A stretch of DNA of 64,000 bases. Origin: Gnetum montanum (taxonomy: Eukaryota; Plantae; Gnetophyta). The translations under genes and the position numbers were made by a program. Positions 60,775 through 64,000 of the stretch are shown piece by piece (positions within the stretch are counted from its first letter, which is position 1; the number at the start of each line of letters is the position of its first letter). The notes beneath the pieces are model-generated. The model did not search any database. It saw only the letters and a list, made by a program, of their open reading frames with translations, and had not been told where the DNA came from. Location: assembly GCA_015680685.1 (NCBI GenBank), contig MNCI01001451.1:284362-348361 (forward strand), given 5' to 3'.

Positions 60775-62732
60775 CAGTGGCCCACCAACTTTTTGGCTTC
60801 TTTTTCGCCACTGCCAAAGCAAACAATGAGGCCAAGAAGATTCATAACTTGCTTCATGAAGGGAGTGTCATTCATGATACAAAAGACATTGCCCAAGCAA
60901 TCCAAAAATACTAGTCTGTATCTGGAAGAGGGGGGAACCATTGCCCATTTTGGTTCCGATCCAAAAAGTCGTCGAGGATAACCAAAGACTTCTTGCATCC
61001 ATTACTCAGCAGGAGTTATCGGTGGCCATGGCAATGCTCAAAACTGGCAAGGCCCTAGGGCTAGATGGGTGGCCCATTGAATTTTTTCATGAGTTCACCA
61101 ACATTATCAGAGGTAATAAGCTAGATGCTTTCAACCTTGTGCTTAAATGGTAGCAGGTTCGTCATGAGATTAATTGTTCTAGAATAGTGCTCATTCCAAA
61201 GACTACTAACCCAATGGAGCCATCACACTTTAGGCCCATTGGGGTTTATAGCATGCTTCTTAAAATCTTTACAAAAATTTTGGTCAGGCATCTACAACCG
61301 TTGATCCCAACCTTTGTTGGAACCCAGCAATGAGATTATCAAAGGCAGATTTATACATGATCAGATCCTTCTGCTACAAGAGGTTATACATTCCATCTAG
61401 CATGCTAAGTTCCCAGATGTGTGTCAAATTAGGTATTAGAAAAGCTTATGTCACAGTCCATTAGAGTGCCCTCAAGGACATGATGCTCAAGAAGGGAATT
61501 CACCCCAAGTTTGTGAACTTATGTATCAACCTCCAAGTCATGGGGGTGTACTCTTTTGATATCAATAGTCGACTATGGGGGTTTTTCTCCTTTGGTAGAG
61601 GGCTCCATCAAGAAGACTCCCTCTCATCATACTTATGCATCATCGCCATGGATACCATGAACCTCTACTATAGGATGGAGGAGGTCAATGGACTATAAAT
61701 TGCTGAAGTGAACTATCTTGTTGAGCATTATGTTGATGATACAATTCTAGTTACTCAGCTTGTTGTCCCACAATTGCAGGCTGTGAACAAGGCACTTAAT
61801 AAGGTGGCATAGGAGGTGGGGCTAGAGCTCAACAGAGGGAAATCTATGATACACTTCTTTTATACCGAAAGAAGGATCAAAAACTAGGTGTGCCAAGAAC
61901 TTATGATACTACAGGGAATAATACAAGATTCGTAACTTGGCATGCTGATATATCCTTAGAACTGGAAAACATCATGGATTAAACTAATTTAAAGACTTCA
62001 ATAGCATGTGGAACATTAGACCATGCACTTCCTTACTAGGAAAGATAAAATTATCCTTGCCACCTTGATTCTCTCTGCCATTACTAGATTTGCTACCTTT
62101 GTCACTATACCTCCAAAAGCAGTAATTAATAGAGTAGACCAAATAATTCAAAATTTTATCTCGTCTAAAGAAAAAGGGGGTGAGCGAATACAAATTGTCT
62201 ACTAGGAGAATGTTACCAAATCAAAGTTTGTGGGGGGTTTGGAGGTGCTAAAGTTTGATGATGCTATGACGATTGGCTACCAAGGACTCATAAATAGATT
62301 CATGCAACAAGATGAGTACCTTGCTCAATGGGTTCTAATTCTTAGAAACAAATAATAACCATGGGTTGTGGACACCTAGGACTCACACATTTGGTGTAAC
62401 CTTTGGGGCAATGTGAATCAAGTGACTCAATGGGGATTGTCAGGAGCACAACCACATGATATCATTAAGCATAAGTATCACAAAGTTCTTGGTTTGTGGG
62501 TTGTATGGATGAGGTGCCTGTTGGAGAAGATTAAATGCTTTGTCTAGCTCATCTTCCAAGCCATGCTACTGATGAGATCTTTACTGCAGGAGCAAGGGCT
62601 ACATTTAAATGACACTCATCCCATTTGTGGTACCACAACCGAAACGATTTGTGACTTCATGTTCCTCTATCCTTTCTATGCTAAGTTTTGGAGAGCTACA
62701 CCATCCAACCACCAATGTGCTTGTATGGTGAT
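60775..62732 (+). mobile_element. L1-clade LINE copy F, 5'-truncated ORF2 (RT, zf-RVT), interrupted by an LTR element
   Basis: LKTGKALGLDGWPIEFF, HQEDSLSSYL, HYVDDTI (~61726) and NDTHPICGTTTETICDF; collinear with copy C. Confidence 0.85.
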
Positions 62733-64000
62733 TGATGAGACGCGATATGCACAAGCCGCGATATTGCGTACGCGATATCATGGCCNNNNNNNNNNNNNNN
62801 NNNNNNNNNNNNNNNNNNNNNNNNNNNNNNNNNNNNNNNNNNNNNNNNNNNNNNNNNNNNNNNNNNNNNNNNNNNNNNNNNNNNNNNNNNNNNNNNNNNN
62901 NNNNNNNNNNNNNNNNNNNNNNNNNNNNNNNNNNNNNNNNNNNNNNNNNNNNNNNNNNNNNNNNNNNNNNNNNNNNNNNNNNNNNNNNNNNNNNNNNNNN
63001 NNNNNNNNNNNNNNNNNNNNNNNNNNNNNNNNNNNNNNNNNNNNNNNNNNNNNNNNNNNNNNNNNNNNNNNNNNNNNNNNNNNNNNNNNNNNNNNNNNNN
63101 NNNNNNNNNNNNNNNNNNNNNNNNNNNNNNNNNNNNNNNNNNNNNNNNNNNNNNNNNNNNNNNNNNNNNNNNNNNNNNNNNNNNNNNNNNNNNNNNNNNN
63201 NNNNNNNNNNNNNNNNNNNNNNNNNNNNNNNNNNNNNNNNNNNNNNNNNNNNNNNNNNNNNNNNNNNNNNNNNNNNNNNNNNNNNNNNNNNNNNNNNNNN
63301 NNNNNNNNNNNNNNNNNNNNNNNNNNNNNNNNNNNNNNNNNNNNNNNNNNNNNNNNNNNNNNNNNNNNNNNNNNNNNNNNNNNNNNNNNNNNNNNNNNNN
63401 NNNNNNNNNNNNNNNNNNNNNNNNNNNNNNNNNNNNNNNNNNNNNNNNNNNNNNNNNNNNNNNNNNNNNNNNNNNNNNNNNNNNNNNNNNNNNNNNNNNN
63501 NNNNNNNNNNNNNNNNNNNNNNNNNNNNNNNNNNNNNNNNNNNNNNNTATGGTTGAGTGTAGGGGTACCTCACCACTCATTGTTGGTGCCATTACCAGGG
63601 ACTAAGTGTTTGTGCGTCTGATAGAACATAAGGGATATCACTCACATCGTTGTGAGCCTTAACGAACCTTCAGGTTAATCAAAATAAAATTTATATATAA
63701 CGGTGAAATTAGCACACCAATAACAATGCCTTCTTCTCATAAGAGCAACTCACCGCCTAAGGACCACACACGAGACAGTCGGCAAGATAAAAAACATAAC
63801 CTAAACCAGCCAAGTCCTAAACAATATAAGATAGTTTATACTCATCCCGATGAGTATATTCCTGATTACACTTTTATCCTCCATTAGGATGAATAGTTGG
63901 GTTGGAGAGATTTGTTTGGTAACATAGTTTTACCACTAGATTGATTTGTTCCGAGCATGCTCTTCCATGCCTTAGCACAGATTGGCATGCAGGACTTATT
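62733..64000 (+). mobile_element. Second copy of the 44704-51960 family (5' LTR, PBS, start of gag); runs off the right edge
   Basis: LTR TGATGAGACGCG...CCACTCATTG (62733-63582, mostly N gap); PBS TGGTGCCATTACCAGGGA; ORF MPSSHKSNSP...YTHPDEYIPDYTFILH from 63726. Confidence 0.88.

Noticed and set aside
62563-63621. Long ORFs of 274-352 aa in the ORF track
   Set aside because: They only span the N gap.

Overview
Eukaryotic DNA from a land plant with a large, methylated genome. Almost the whole window is nested retrotransposons. Four small exons of a minus-strand host gene lie at 59485-60230, and the rest is probably intronic. LTR elements: (i) the 5' half of a minus-strand Ty3/Gypsy Tat-type element (tRNA-Asn PBS) next to a related LTR in opposite orientation; (ii) a complete, decayed Athila-type element (14531-27734; TSD CCATG; tRNA-Asp PBS; gag-pol plus a ~950-codon extra 3' ORF); (iii) a younger non-autonomous Athila relative encoding only Gag-protease (44704-51960; TSD ATTAT), with a second copy starting at 62733. 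Non-LTR elements: five diverged copies of one L1-clade LINE family, a sixth interrupted copy, and older L1/RTE/SINE-like relics. The most striking observation is in that L1 family. After the zf-RVT domain of ORF2, where many plant L1s have RNase H, it carries a conserved ~450-490-codon extension (helical domain, linker, coiled coil, conserved C-terminal motif). The extension is recognisable in all five copies and is in frame with ORF2 in two. It resembles the extra 3' ORF of the neighbouring Athila element. One TSD-flanked copy has lost APE-RT but kept ORF1 plus the extension. All protein identifications are by eye; no database searches were run.
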